15,268 nt of DNA from a bacterium (GCA_041946805.1 JBHGBC010000150.1:1-15268), one strand, 5' to 3'; positions 7,884 to 15,268 are shown, numbered from the stretch's first letter. Numbers and translations are program-made. The notes: generated by a model not told the origin, from the sequence alone.

Positions 7884-8189
7884 ATGCGGTTAACACGATC
7901 GAGCATTTTGGAAGCCGTGGAAAATCACGCGGAAGAGATACGTAATTGGGGAGTAAAATCACTCATACTCGTGGGATCCTTCGCGCGGGAGGAGGGAACC
8001 GCCCGCAGCGATGTGGATTTTCTCGTGGAGTTTGAGGAAGGCCGGGGTTTGTTTACCGATTATTCCGGTTTGCGAAATTTTCTTGTCCGTCTTCTGGATC
8101 GCGAAATCGACCTGGTGAAACCGCATCTCATCCGGGAAGAACTGAAACCCTATCTGCTCGAGGGAGACCGATATGCGGCGCGATTATAG
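7884..8189 (+). CDS. Minimal nucleotidyltransferase (MntA-type antitoxin)
   Basis: GS-X10-DVD motif (GSFAREEGTARSDVD), LLDREIDLV; 101 aa; overlaps the HEPN gene. Confidence 0.9.
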   Translation: MRLTRSSILEAVENHAEEIRNWGVKSLILVGSFAREEGTARSDVDFLVEFEEGRGLFTDYSGLRNFLVRLLDREIDLVKPHLIREELKPYLLEGDRYAARL

Positions 8190-8526
8190 GGTGTTTTTGA
8201 AAGACGCTCTTGAACACATCCAACGGATTCGCTTGTTCACAAATCAAATGGATAAGAATGCCTTTCTCGCTGATGAGAAAACCCAATTCGCTGTGGTTCG
8301 ATGCCTCGAGATCATCGGAGAAGCCGTGGTGAAAGTCCCCATAGATGTGCAAGAGAAATATCCAGACATCCCGTGGGCGGATATGCGTAATTTTAGAATT
8401 ATTGCAGCACATCAATATTGGAAAATTGATCTGGATATTGTGTGGAATATAGTTCAAGATCATTTGCATAATCTAGAAAATCAATTGCATCACGCGTTAC
8501 GTGAAGATCCAGACTTGATCCCGTGA
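8173..8526 (+). CDS. HEPN/DUF86 ribonuclease toxin (HepT-type)
   Basis: AVVRCLEIIGEA, YPDIPW, R-X4-H-X-Y (RIIAAHQY), IDLDIVW. Confidence 0.9.
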   Translation: MRRDYRVFLKDALEHIQRIRLFTNQMDKNAFLADEKTQFAVVRCLEIIGEAVVKVPIDVQEKYPDIPWADMRNFRIIAAHQYWKIDLDIVWNIVQDHLHNLENQLHHALREDPDLIP

Positions 8527-8607
8527 CAAAGATTGCGCGGCCGGGGCCGTTTGAAATACGCGGAATGGATAGAGTGAAGTCATTAGGTAATACAAGGACA
8601 CTGGGAT

Positions 8608-9090
8608 ATGCCTAAAACAAAGCGATGCAAAATCCACTGGAATGATCTCGAAATGGCTTTCCTGTATGCCAACGGAGCCCCTCTCGGCCAGCATCATGCG
8701 TACCTCTACCTGGCTACAGGAGAATTCATTTATTGGTCGGAATGGGAAGATAAGGCCGATTTGCCTGAAGGCATCTCGGAAGAGGATTTGGATAATCCGC
8801 AGTTATTCATCGCCGTCCCCAACAAGCAGGACTTGGATCTGGGTAAAGCCCTCGTCATGCAATTCACCGCCGAATATCTCCCCGGCGAATACGCGCTGGT
8901 GAACGCCATTTTCCACCAGCCAGGCGCTTATTCCAACTTCAAATCGCTACTGGAGGAACGGGGATTGTTGCAGCCATGGTATGATTACGAGAACGCGGCG
9001 GAAACCAAGGCCCTTGAGAAATGGTGTGAGGAGCATCAAATCGAATTGATAGAAGAATCCCGGCAAGAACCGGATAGATGCGATACTTGA
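8608..9090 (+). CDS. UPF0158-like conserved protein
   Basis: AYLYLATGEF, acidic loop, FIAVP, MQF, GAYSNFK, W..Y, WCEEHQI pattern. Confidence 0.75.
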   Translation: MPKTKRCKIHWNDLEMAFLYANGAPLGQHHAYLYLATGEFIYWSEWEDKADLPEGISEEDLDNPQLFIAVPNKQDLDLGKALVMQFTAEYLPGEYALVNAIFHQPGAYSNFKSLLEERGLLQPWYDYENAAETKALEKWCEEHQIELIEESRQEPDRCDT

Positions 9091-9098
9091 ATTTTCCC

Positions 9099-9126
9099 GC
9101 AGGGGCACGTGGCCACGTGCCCCTAC
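9099..9126. repeat. GTAG-type REP palindrome, family C, copy 3
   Basis: gcaggggcacgtggccacgtgcccctac lies in the 48-bp gap between convergent stop codons. Confidence 0.88.
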
Positions 9127-9138
9127 AAGAAAAAGCTC

Positions 9139-10491
9139 TTACCCCATTTTCTCCGGATCGGGGTGCACCCACGGGCTGCGGTAGGGACGCGCCAGCAGGC
9201 GGTTGGCTTCCTCGTCGCCGATGGCTTGCGCCTTGTCCGGATCCCAGGCCAGCGTCTTGCCGGTCTTCATCGCCAGGTTGGCCAGAATGCAACTGGAACT
9301 CGAGATATAGCCTTCCTCGATGTCCGACACGGGCCGCCCGCGCTCGTCGATTGCTTTCAGGAAATTCTTCATGTGCCCGCGCAACGCCGGGGCGCATTGT
9401 TTTTCCAATCCTGGTTCGGTCTTGTCTTCGGGATACTGTTCCAACTCATAGGTGACGTCCCGGTGGATCGTTTCGCCCCGGCCCTGGGGAATGAAATCCC
9501 ACCGGAACACGCTGGCTTTCAAGGTTCCTTTTTCGCCGTAGATCGTCGCTCCCCAGGGATAATCGGGATCGGGCGCGTTGCCCCAGGCGCGGTGCTGCCA
9601 GATCACCGGCAGATCGCCATAGTCGAAGGTGACGGTCTGGGTGTCCGAAATGTTCGATTTGCCGCCGGGAAACATCAGGGTCCCGCCGGACGAGCTGATC
9701 CGCTTCGGCCAGCCCAGGTCGAGCATCCACCGCACCATGTCGAACATGTGCACGCACATGTCGCCCACGATCCCGTTGCCGTACTCCATGAACGCCCGCC
9801 AGCCCCGGGGATGCATCATGGGATTGAACGGCCGGAGGGGAGCCGGGCCGGTCCACATCTCGAAATCGAGGTATTCGGGCGGATCGGCGTCGGGGGGATT
9901 TTGGCCGGAACGCATGTGGTAGTAGCAATAGATTTCCACCAGGCCGACTTTACCGAGTTTGCCCTCGCGGATGATTGTGTCCCGGGCTTCGATCAGGTGG
10001 GGCGTGCTGCGGCGCTGCATGCCCACCTGCACCACTCGCTTGTTTTTGCGCGCCGCGGCGAGCATGGCCCGGCCCTCGGTCACATCCACGCTGATGGGTT
10101 TCTCGACATACACATCCGCGCCCGCCTCGACGGCGGCGATCATCGGCAGGCAATGCCAATGATCGGGCGTGGAGACCTGGACAATGTCCGGCTGTTCTTG
10201 TTTGAGCAGCTCGCGGAAATCTCCGTAAGTCCTGGGTTTGTTCTTGGATGCCTGACGCTGGGCCACCATGTCGGCGGCCTCCGCCAGCATCTGTTTGTCC
10301 ACGTCGCACAACGCCACCACTTCCACCGGCTCTACCTGGAGCATGCGGAACAGGGCGCTCTTGCCATACCAGCCGGTCCCGATCAAGGCGTAACGGCGCG
10401 GTTTCGAGGAACCGAATTCCACCCCGAAGCTTTTGGCCGCCGGCCAGATCAGGCTGGCCGCGCTGGCTTGCAGAAATTGACGGCGTTTCAT
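9139..10491 (-). CDS. Gfo/Idh/MocA family oxidoreductase, Tat signal
   Basis: MKRRQFL; IGTGWYG, TPDHWH, DVYVEKP, VQVGMQRRS, WTGPAP, GDMCVHMFD, YRSPW. Confidence 0.93.
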   Translation of the reverse strand: MKRRQFLQASAASLIWPAAKSFGVEFGSSKPRRYALIGTGWYGKSALFRMLQVEPVEVVALCDVDKQMLAEAADMVAQRQASKNKPRTYGDFRELLKQEQPDIVQVSTPDHWHCLPMIAAVEAGADVYVEKPISVDVTEGRAMLAAARKNKRVVQVGMQRRSTPHLIEARDTIIREGKLGKVGLVEIYCYYHMRSGQNPPDADPPEYLDFEMWTGPAPLRPFNPMMHPRGWRAFMEYGNGIVGDMCVHMFDMVRWMLDLGWPKRISSSGGTLMFPGGKSNISDTQTVTFDYGDLPVIWQHRAWGNAPDPDYPWGATIYGEKGTLKASVFRWDFIPQGRGETIHRDVTYELEQYPEDKTEPGLEKQCAPALRGHMKNFLKAIDERGRPVSDIEEGYISSSSCILANLAMKTGKTLAWDPDKAQAIGDEEANRLLARPYRSPWVHPDPEKMG

Positions 10492-10516
10492 AATCACTCT
10501 CCCTGGCGTTGCCAAA

Positions 10517-10537
10517 ATGGAATGGATTCCATTCCAT
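10517..10537. promoter_or_regulatory. Perfect 9-3-9 palindrome over the predicted transcription start; putative operator
   Basis: ATGGAATGG-ATT-CCATTCCAT, 1 bp downstream of the minus-strand -10 box. Confidence 0.65.
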
Positions 10538-10538
10538 G

Positions 10539-10567
10539 ACTATAAAGAACCTTTGCGCCTGAAGCAA
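10539..10567 (-). promoter_or_regulatory. Sigma70-type promoter of the Tat oxidoreductase
   Basis: Minus strand TTGCTT-N17-TATAGT. Confidence 0.65.
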
Positions 10568-10657
10568 GAACCAACGCCATATGGAATCTTGCCATATTTC
10601 TTGTCTCCGGATCGAATTGGATTTTGAAGGAGGCGAAAGCCATGATTACCATCTGAT

Positions 10658-10691
10658 TCCCTCTCCCTCTGGAAGAGGATCAAGGTGAGGG
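10658..10691 (+). repeat. Family A repeat, copy 8 (degenerate)
   Basis: tccctctccctctggaagaggatcaaggtgaggg. Confidence 0.8.
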
Positions 10692-10983
10692 TATGTCCTT
10701 GCGTTACGCTTTAATCCCACCAATGTGCGAAAAGTCTTTCCGTCAGCCTGTAATAGGTCCCGGTCAAGGAAAAATCCGGGAGAACCGGCTTTGAACCTAT
10801 ATTTTCTCAACTGTTTTCGTTAGCATAAAACCAGTACCGGACTCTCGGCCGGATGGCCGTTTCCCCACGGTGAAATGCCAGCCGGTCCGGATGGAGGATA
10901 CACACTTCACTTCACGTCTGAAGTGGTGAGAAGCAAATCAACCATAATCAATCAGATAAACATGCGATGAAAGGAGTTTGAAC

Positions 10984-12165
10984 ATGTCCAAGCGGCCTTT
11001 GAATGTCGGTCTGGTGGGAGGTGGTGGAGGCGCGTTCATCGTCAATCCTCACCAGAAGGCGATCTTTTTCGACGGCACCCGCCGGGTTACCTGCGGGGCT
11101 CTGCATCCCGATCCCGCCGTGGCGATGAGCGAAGCCGAAAAATGGCCCTATCCCATCAAGGGATACCGCAGTTACGATGAGATGATCACGGAAGAGGCCA
11201 AAAAGCCCCGCGGCGAGGGAGTGGATTACATCCTCATCGTGACCCCCAACTTTGTGCATTACGATCCCGCCAAAAAAGCCCTGGAAAAAGGCATACCCGT
11301 TTTCTGCGAAAAACCCTTGACTGTTACGTCCAAGGAATCCAAGGACTTGGCCGCTATCGTCAAGGCCAAGACCATTCCCTTCTGCACCGCCCATACCTAC
11401 CTGGGCCATTGGACCAGCCGCTTATCCCGCCACATCGTCCGCTCGGGATTGATCGGCAAGGTGCGTTGGGTCGACGCCTATTACATCCAGGGCTGGCTGG
11501 CCGGCCGGACGGAAGACCTGGGCGTCATGCAGGCGGAATGGCGCGTCGATCCCAAACGCGCCGGCGCCAGCTGCTGTGGCGGTGATATCGGCACCCATGC
11601 CCTTATGCAGCTGCGCTACGTCACCGGCCTCGAACCTGTCCGCGTCAGTGGATTCATCGAGACCTTCGTCCAGGGACGCCAGCTCGACGATCACTTCACC
11701 GCCTATTGCGAACTCAACAATGGCGGCCGCGCCCTGGTCCGCGCCTCGCAGATCGCCATCGGACACAAGAACGATCTGGGCATCGAGGTCAACGGCGAAA
11801 AGGGGACTCTGATCTGGCGGCAGGAAGATCCGGAATGCTTGAAGATCCATCTCCCCGGCCAGCCCGACCGCGTGTATTGGCGGGGCGAGGTGAAGGCCAA
11901 CGATGGCTTCCTCGGCGACCTGCCCGCGGATCTGATGGCCGAACCGACCATCCCCTCCGGACACCCCGAGGCCTTCCACGACGCCTTCGCGCGCCTGCAC
12001 CGCTGCTTCGAGGCCGATGTCCGGGCCTATCAAGAAGGAACCTACAAGGGGACTGACGGTTCCAAGTACGCCACCGTGGATGACGGCCACGCCGGTTTGG
12101 TTTTTGTCGAAAAAGTAGTGGAAAGCAGTAAGAACAACCACGCCTGGGTGGACGTGAAATACTAG
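10984..12165 (+). CDS. Gfo/Idh/MocA family oxidoreductase (cytoplasmic)
   Basis: VGLVGGGGGAFI, IVTPNFVH, VFCEKP, YIQGWL, WRVDPKRAG, GDIGTHA, SGHPEAF; AAGGAG at 10971-10976. Confidence 0.93.
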   Translation: MSKRPLNVGLVGGGGGAFIVNPHQKAIFFDGTRRVTCGALHPDPAVAMSEAEKWPYPIKGYRSYDEMITEEAKKPRGEGVDYILIVTPNFVHYDPAKKALEKGIPVFCEKPLTVTSKESKDLAAIVKAKTIPFCTAHTYLGHWTSRLSRHIVRSGLIGKVRWVDAYYIQGWLAGRTEDLGVMQAEWRVDPKRAGASCCGGDIGTHALMQLRYVTGLEPVRVSGFIETFVQGRQLDDHFTAYCELNNGGRALVRASQIAIGHKNDLGIEVNGEKGTLIWRQEDPECLKIHLPGQPDRVYWRGEVKANDGFLGDLPADLMAEPTIPSGHPEAFHDAFARLHRCFEADVRAYQEGTYKGTDGSKYATVDDGHAGLVFVEKVVESSKNNHAWVDVKY

Positions 12166-12196
12166 GCTCGATTATCCTCAAACGAATCGAAAAGGG

Positions 12197-12229
12197 AAAA
12201 GGGACGTGGCGCCGGCCGCGTCCCTTTTT
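12197..12229 (+). terminator. Intrinsic terminator
   Basis: AAAAGGGACGTGGC-GCCG-GCCGCGTCCCTTTTT, about 30 nt after the stop at 12165; A-tract and T-tract suggest it could act in both directions. Confidence 0.8.
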
Positions 12230-12268
12230 GACTAAACGCAACAAGTTGCCGGTCCCTGGTACAAATAA

Positions 12269-12287
12269 ATGCCGCGCCTTCGGGGCT
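12269..12287 (-). repeat. Isolated half of the family B module
   Basis: atgccgcgccttcggggct resembles the reverse complement of agcgccaacggcgcggcat (2241-2259). Confidence 0.5.
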
Positions 12288-12343
12288 GTCACTTTCTGAT
12301 TTTCTCCCAGGACTGATCCATACACACAATGCCACACTTGGCT

Positions 12344-12370
12344 GTCATCCCCGCGAAAACGGGAATCCAG
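12344..12370 (+). repeat. GTCAT-type REP-like repeat (family D), single copy
   Basis: gtcatccccgcgaaaacgggaatccag resembles the widespread GTCATTCCCGCG-N4-CGGGAATCCA repeat; only one copy in the window. Confidence 0.6.
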
Positions 12371-12551
12371 GGAATAGCAGCGCTGGCGTTCCGCCTGCCA
12401 CCTATCCAAGAGGGATGGATTGAGATTTTCCGAGGTGATACCCGCCGGTAACGCTCCAAACGCTATCGATCTTTCGGGATCGAACAGGTTATCATGGAAA
12501 AACCGAAAGAACTTGGAAGCCGGCGCCTCCGGGATGATCCAGAAAATTGTG

Positions 12552-12581
12552 TTGACATCATGATAAAGGAGTAGTAATAAT
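12552..12581 (+). promoter_or_regulatory. Possible sigma70 promoter
   Basis: TTGACA (12552-12557), 18-bp spacer, AATAAT, about 80 bp upstream of ATG 12664. Confidence 0.5.
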
Positions 12582-12663
12582 GGAGATGTTCGGTTTTATA
12601 TAAATCTAATCAAGCCAGGGAACCATAAGTCCGGACCGTCCGGTCCGGGGGGGGAGATATTAC

Positions 12664-14109
12664 ATGAAACGCTATCTGATTTTTCTCGCGGCCGTATCCG
12701 TGTTTGTGAGTCTGTTGTTCGGGGCGGGTGATGAGGACCGGGAACTGTCCGGCGGGTCGGTGTTATCCGCGCCCGTGGTGGATCCCAATCCCGTGGTGAT
12801 CAATCCAACCATCGTCATTCGGCCCACGATCGTCGAGGTCTATCCACCGGTGTTCAAGCGGGAACTGTCCAAGATCAGCATTGTTGATCTTCAGCCGCTC
12901 TTCACCTTGCCGGATGTCCTCTACCAGGAGAGATTTCAGACCTCGCCGGTCAACGGATGGTTTATTTTCGGCGGAGTGTGGAATTTGACCAATGAATTTT
13001 TACGCGGATTTAATTATAATGATGTCACTTTCGCGTATTACAAGAATGAGAATTTCCGGAACGCGTATTATTCGTGCCTGCTGCACTACTTGGATGGCAG
13101 CTGCCCCGCGGGCATGGTCTTCCGGATGAACGTGACGGGAACGAGTTCCTATTATGTGAGCGGATACGCGGTAGGGCTGTGGCCCAGCCAAGGGTATCTC
13201 CACTGGGTGTTCGGAAAATGGATCAACAACAACTGGATCAACCTCTCGGGTTGGCGTACGTCGAACATTCCCAACCAGGAATGGAACTCGATCTCCGTGC
13301 GCGCCTACAATAATCAATTTCAGATCAAGATCAACAACCTGCTCGTGGGCGTTTTCCCCGATTCCTCTTTTGCATTTGGCAAGATCGGAGTGTGGAAGGA
13401 GAAGGAAACCGGCTCGGTTTACACGGGATATGACAACGTAACCATTACGGAGTTGGAAACCACTCCGACGCCGCATACGACCCCGACGAAACAGCCGACT
13501 CCCACGCCGGCGCCGCCCGCCACGCCCACGCCTCAACCCACCGTGTGCTATCCCGTCGTGGAAGCCGGTCCGGTGTATCAGAACGGATTCATTAACAACG
13601 ATTTGCCCGCCAACGAGGTCGTGGAATTCCCCGGAACCTTCGCGGGCCTCCAGCCGGCGTCCACCAGCGTTACATCCGTCATACCGGATGCCGCCCCGGG
13701 CCAGGGCGGGGAAGGGAACGCCGTGCGGATTTCCGTGAGTCCAGGGCAGGGAACCTTGTTAGTATTGGGAACCGGCGCACCGGCCGCCGCGGATGGTTTG
13801 GTGCTTGTCCGCGTGGATGTTTGGGCGAGCAACGACGGCGCGAACCTCTTTTTGGGGCTCATCGACACGAACAATGCCGGTGACTTGGGAGCGGGCGGCG
13901 GCAGCCTGGGCCTGGAACAACACATGACATCCACCCTGTATAACGGACAGTGGGGAATTCTCCGCGCGTTTCATCAATCGACGACCGGATATGTGCGGCC
14001 CATCATTCAGGTGGTGGGCGGAGCCTCGCCGTGTGACGTGTACATCGACAACATCGCGGTCTACAACATCCCCGCGGGACTCGGCATATCCGATGCGCTG
14101 TTGTGGTGA
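12664..14109 (+). CDS. Secreted two-domain protein: concanavalin/DUF1080-like beta-sandwich, Pro/Thr linker, unassigned C-terminal beta domain
   Basis: Sec signal MKRYLIFLAAVSVFVSLLFGA; GW..GGVW, AGMVFR, EWNSISV, GKIGV, YDNVTI; linker TTPTPHTTPTKQPTPTPAPPATPTPQPT (13459-13542); C-terminal domain ending VYIDNIAVY. Confidence 0.75.
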   Translation: MKRYLIFLAAVSVFVSLLFGAGDEDRELSGGSVLSAPVVDPNPVVINPTIVIRPTIVEVYPPVFKRELSKISIVDLQPLFTLPDVLYQERFQTSPVNGWFIFGGVWNLTNEFLRGFNYNDVTFAYYKNENFRNAYYSCLLHYLDGSCPAGMVFRMNVTGTSSYYVSGYAVGLWPSQGYLHWVFGKWINNNWINLSGWRTSNIPNQEWNSISVRAYNNQFQIKINNLLVGVFPDSSFAFGKIGVWKEKETGSVYTGYDNVTITELETTPTPHTTPTKQPTPTPAPPATPTPQPTVCYPVVEAGPVYQNGFINNDLPANEVVEFPGTFAGLQPASTSVTSVIPDAAPGQGGEGNAVRISVSPGQGTLLVLGTGAPAAADGLVLVRVDVWASNDGANLFLGLIDTNNAGDLGAGGGSLGLEQHMTSTLYNGQWGILRAFHQSTTGYVRPIIQVVGGASPCDVYIDNIAVYNIPAGLGISDALLW

Positions 14110-14265
14110 GAGCCACGCGGCCGGTTTTGATAGGCTGGGATTGTTGGGGATCCGGACGAGTTCATTGACCACGTAACGCCCGCGGGCGGGAATCTCCCAA
14201 CCGGCGGGAACGCCGGCCGGCCGCCCCGGGATGTTTTTATTTTGGTGAGAGACACTCCGGGCGTG

Positions 14266-14991
14266 TCATTGTTTCTTTTCCCCCGCCGGTTCCAGAAACC
14301 ATTGCAGGATTTTTTCCGGATAATCCTTGAAGGCGGCCATGCTGTGGCCGGCACTCGGTTCTTCCTGGTAGGTAATCGGAAAATTATACCGTTTCAGCGA
14401 ATTGACGGCTTTTCTGGAACTGAAAACGGGGATGACTTCATCTTTCCGGCCATGGGTGATGAACATGGGAACCGGTTGGATGGGAGTTCCCTGGCGCAAG
14501 AACACATCGCTGTATCCCCCTGACATGGGATTCAGAAAATGAAACAAGTCCGGCCGTTGGAATCCCAGATAGTAGGTAAACGCGCCTCCGTCGGAAAATC
14601 CGCTTAACAAGGTTTTATTGGGATCGATCGAATAGGTCTTGATCAAGTAATCGACAATCCGCGGCACGCGGGGTAGATCGTATTTCTTCCAGGTGATTCC
14701 CACGCTTTTGGGGCAACAAAGAATCACGCCGAATTTCGCCGCGGCGCTTTTCCAGAAAGGAATCATATCCGCCCCTTTTCCCCCCGCGCCGTGCAGGCTG
14801 ATCAGCAGCGGATACCGCTTGGCCGGTTTGTAATCCGGCGGAAGGACGAGGTTGAACTGGATCGTTTTGTCTCCCGGCAGAGATTGGAGGCTCTCTTCCC
14901 GAGGGGCAGATTGCGATTCGGCATATAATGCGGAAGATCCCCATCCGGCCAGAACAATCAACAGAGCGATCAGCGGCGGCGTTACCTTCAT
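14266..14991 (-). CDS. Secreted alpha/beta-hydrolase (phospholipase/carboxylesterase or PHB-depolymerase-like esterase)
   Basis: Signal peptide; YPLLISLHGAG, nucleophile elbow GFSDGG, HGRKDEVIP, AGH giving a complete Ser-Asp-His triad. Confidence 0.9.
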   Translation of the reverse strand: MKVTPPLIALLIVLAGWGSSALYAESQSAPREESLQSLPGDKTIQFNLVLPPDYKPAKRYPLLISLHGAGGKGADMIPFWKSAAAKFGVILCCPKSVGITWKKYDLPRVPRIVDYLIKTYSIDPNKTLLSGFSDGGAFTYYLGFQRPDLFHFLNPMSGGYSDVFLRQGTPIQPVPMFITHGRKDEVIPVFSSRKAVNSLKRYNFPITYQEEPSAGHSMAAFKDYPEKILQWFLEPAGEKKQ

Positions 14992-15094
14992 TTTGGTTTC
15001 CCGTTTCTTTATCTTTATTAAGGAATTTCAGATAGCATATCTTGCCATTATGTAACAAGAAAAAGGGGATGTTGTCCATTCGGATTGGATTTGA

Positions 15095-15220
15095 GGTAAC
15101 TATTTACTGGTTTGCAGAACAGTTTTTGAGCGCCCACGGAGCGTTTAAACTAGCCCAGGGCTTTAGCCCTGGGAGGATCTTGAATCCCCTCTCCCTCTGG
15201 GAGAGGGGCAGGGTGAGGGA
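15095..15220 (+). repeat. Composite repeat element (includes family B and family A copy 9)
   Basis: ggtaactatttactggtttgcagaacagtttttgagcgcccacggagcg...tagcccagggctttagccctggg...cccctctccctctgggagaggggcagggtgaggga. Confidence 0.88.
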
Positions 15221-15268
15221 AACCGTGTGGAAGGGCGCAATTCATCCTCTATATCTGTGCAATCGGGT

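Noticed and set aside
9109..10539. 476-aa plus-strand ORF, and similar long antisense ORFs (4144-5043, 2398-3102, 11422-12141)
   Set aside because: Antisense shadows expected from GC-rich codon usage; no motifs.
14126..14235. Terminator or repeat between the convergent secreted-protein and hydrolase genes
   Set aside because: Only short, imperfect GC stems and weak periodicity; no second copy in the window.
915..15220. Family A repeats as a CRISPR array
   Set aside because: Copies are dispersed, in both orientations, separated by whole genes; no cas genes.
2208..15220. Composite repeats as integron attC sites
   Set aside because: They begin with GTAAC but lack RYYYAAC...GTTRRRY ends; flanking genes include housekeeping genes in mixed orientation; no integrase.
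1..15268. tRNA, rRNA, transposase, integrase or prophage genes
   Set aside because: None recognisable by eye on either strand.

Overview
A GC-rich bacterial chromosomal window. It holds housekeeping genes (5' end of accC, accB, ftsY), a three-gene module (membrane protein, winged-helix regulator, non-canonical cis-prenyltransferase), a lipoprotein, an EamA transporter, an MNT-HEPN toxin-antitoxin pair followed by a UPF0158-like gene, three sugar-conversion enzymes (two with Tat signals), a two-domain secreted protein with a Pro/Thr linker, and a secreted alpha/beta-hydrolase. Two signals stand out. (1) A 21-bp palindrome (GTACTTTAT-GAT-ATAAAGTAC) abuts a promoter that appears to give a leaderless mRNA, and a near-copy overlaps the start codon of the uppS paralogue, suggesting a small autoregulated envelope/isoprenoid regulon. 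(2) Most intergenic gaps contain short palindromic repeats from at least four families, some assembled into a recurring ~130-150 bp composite, with no transposase in the window. All functional calls come from motif recognition by eye; no database search was run.
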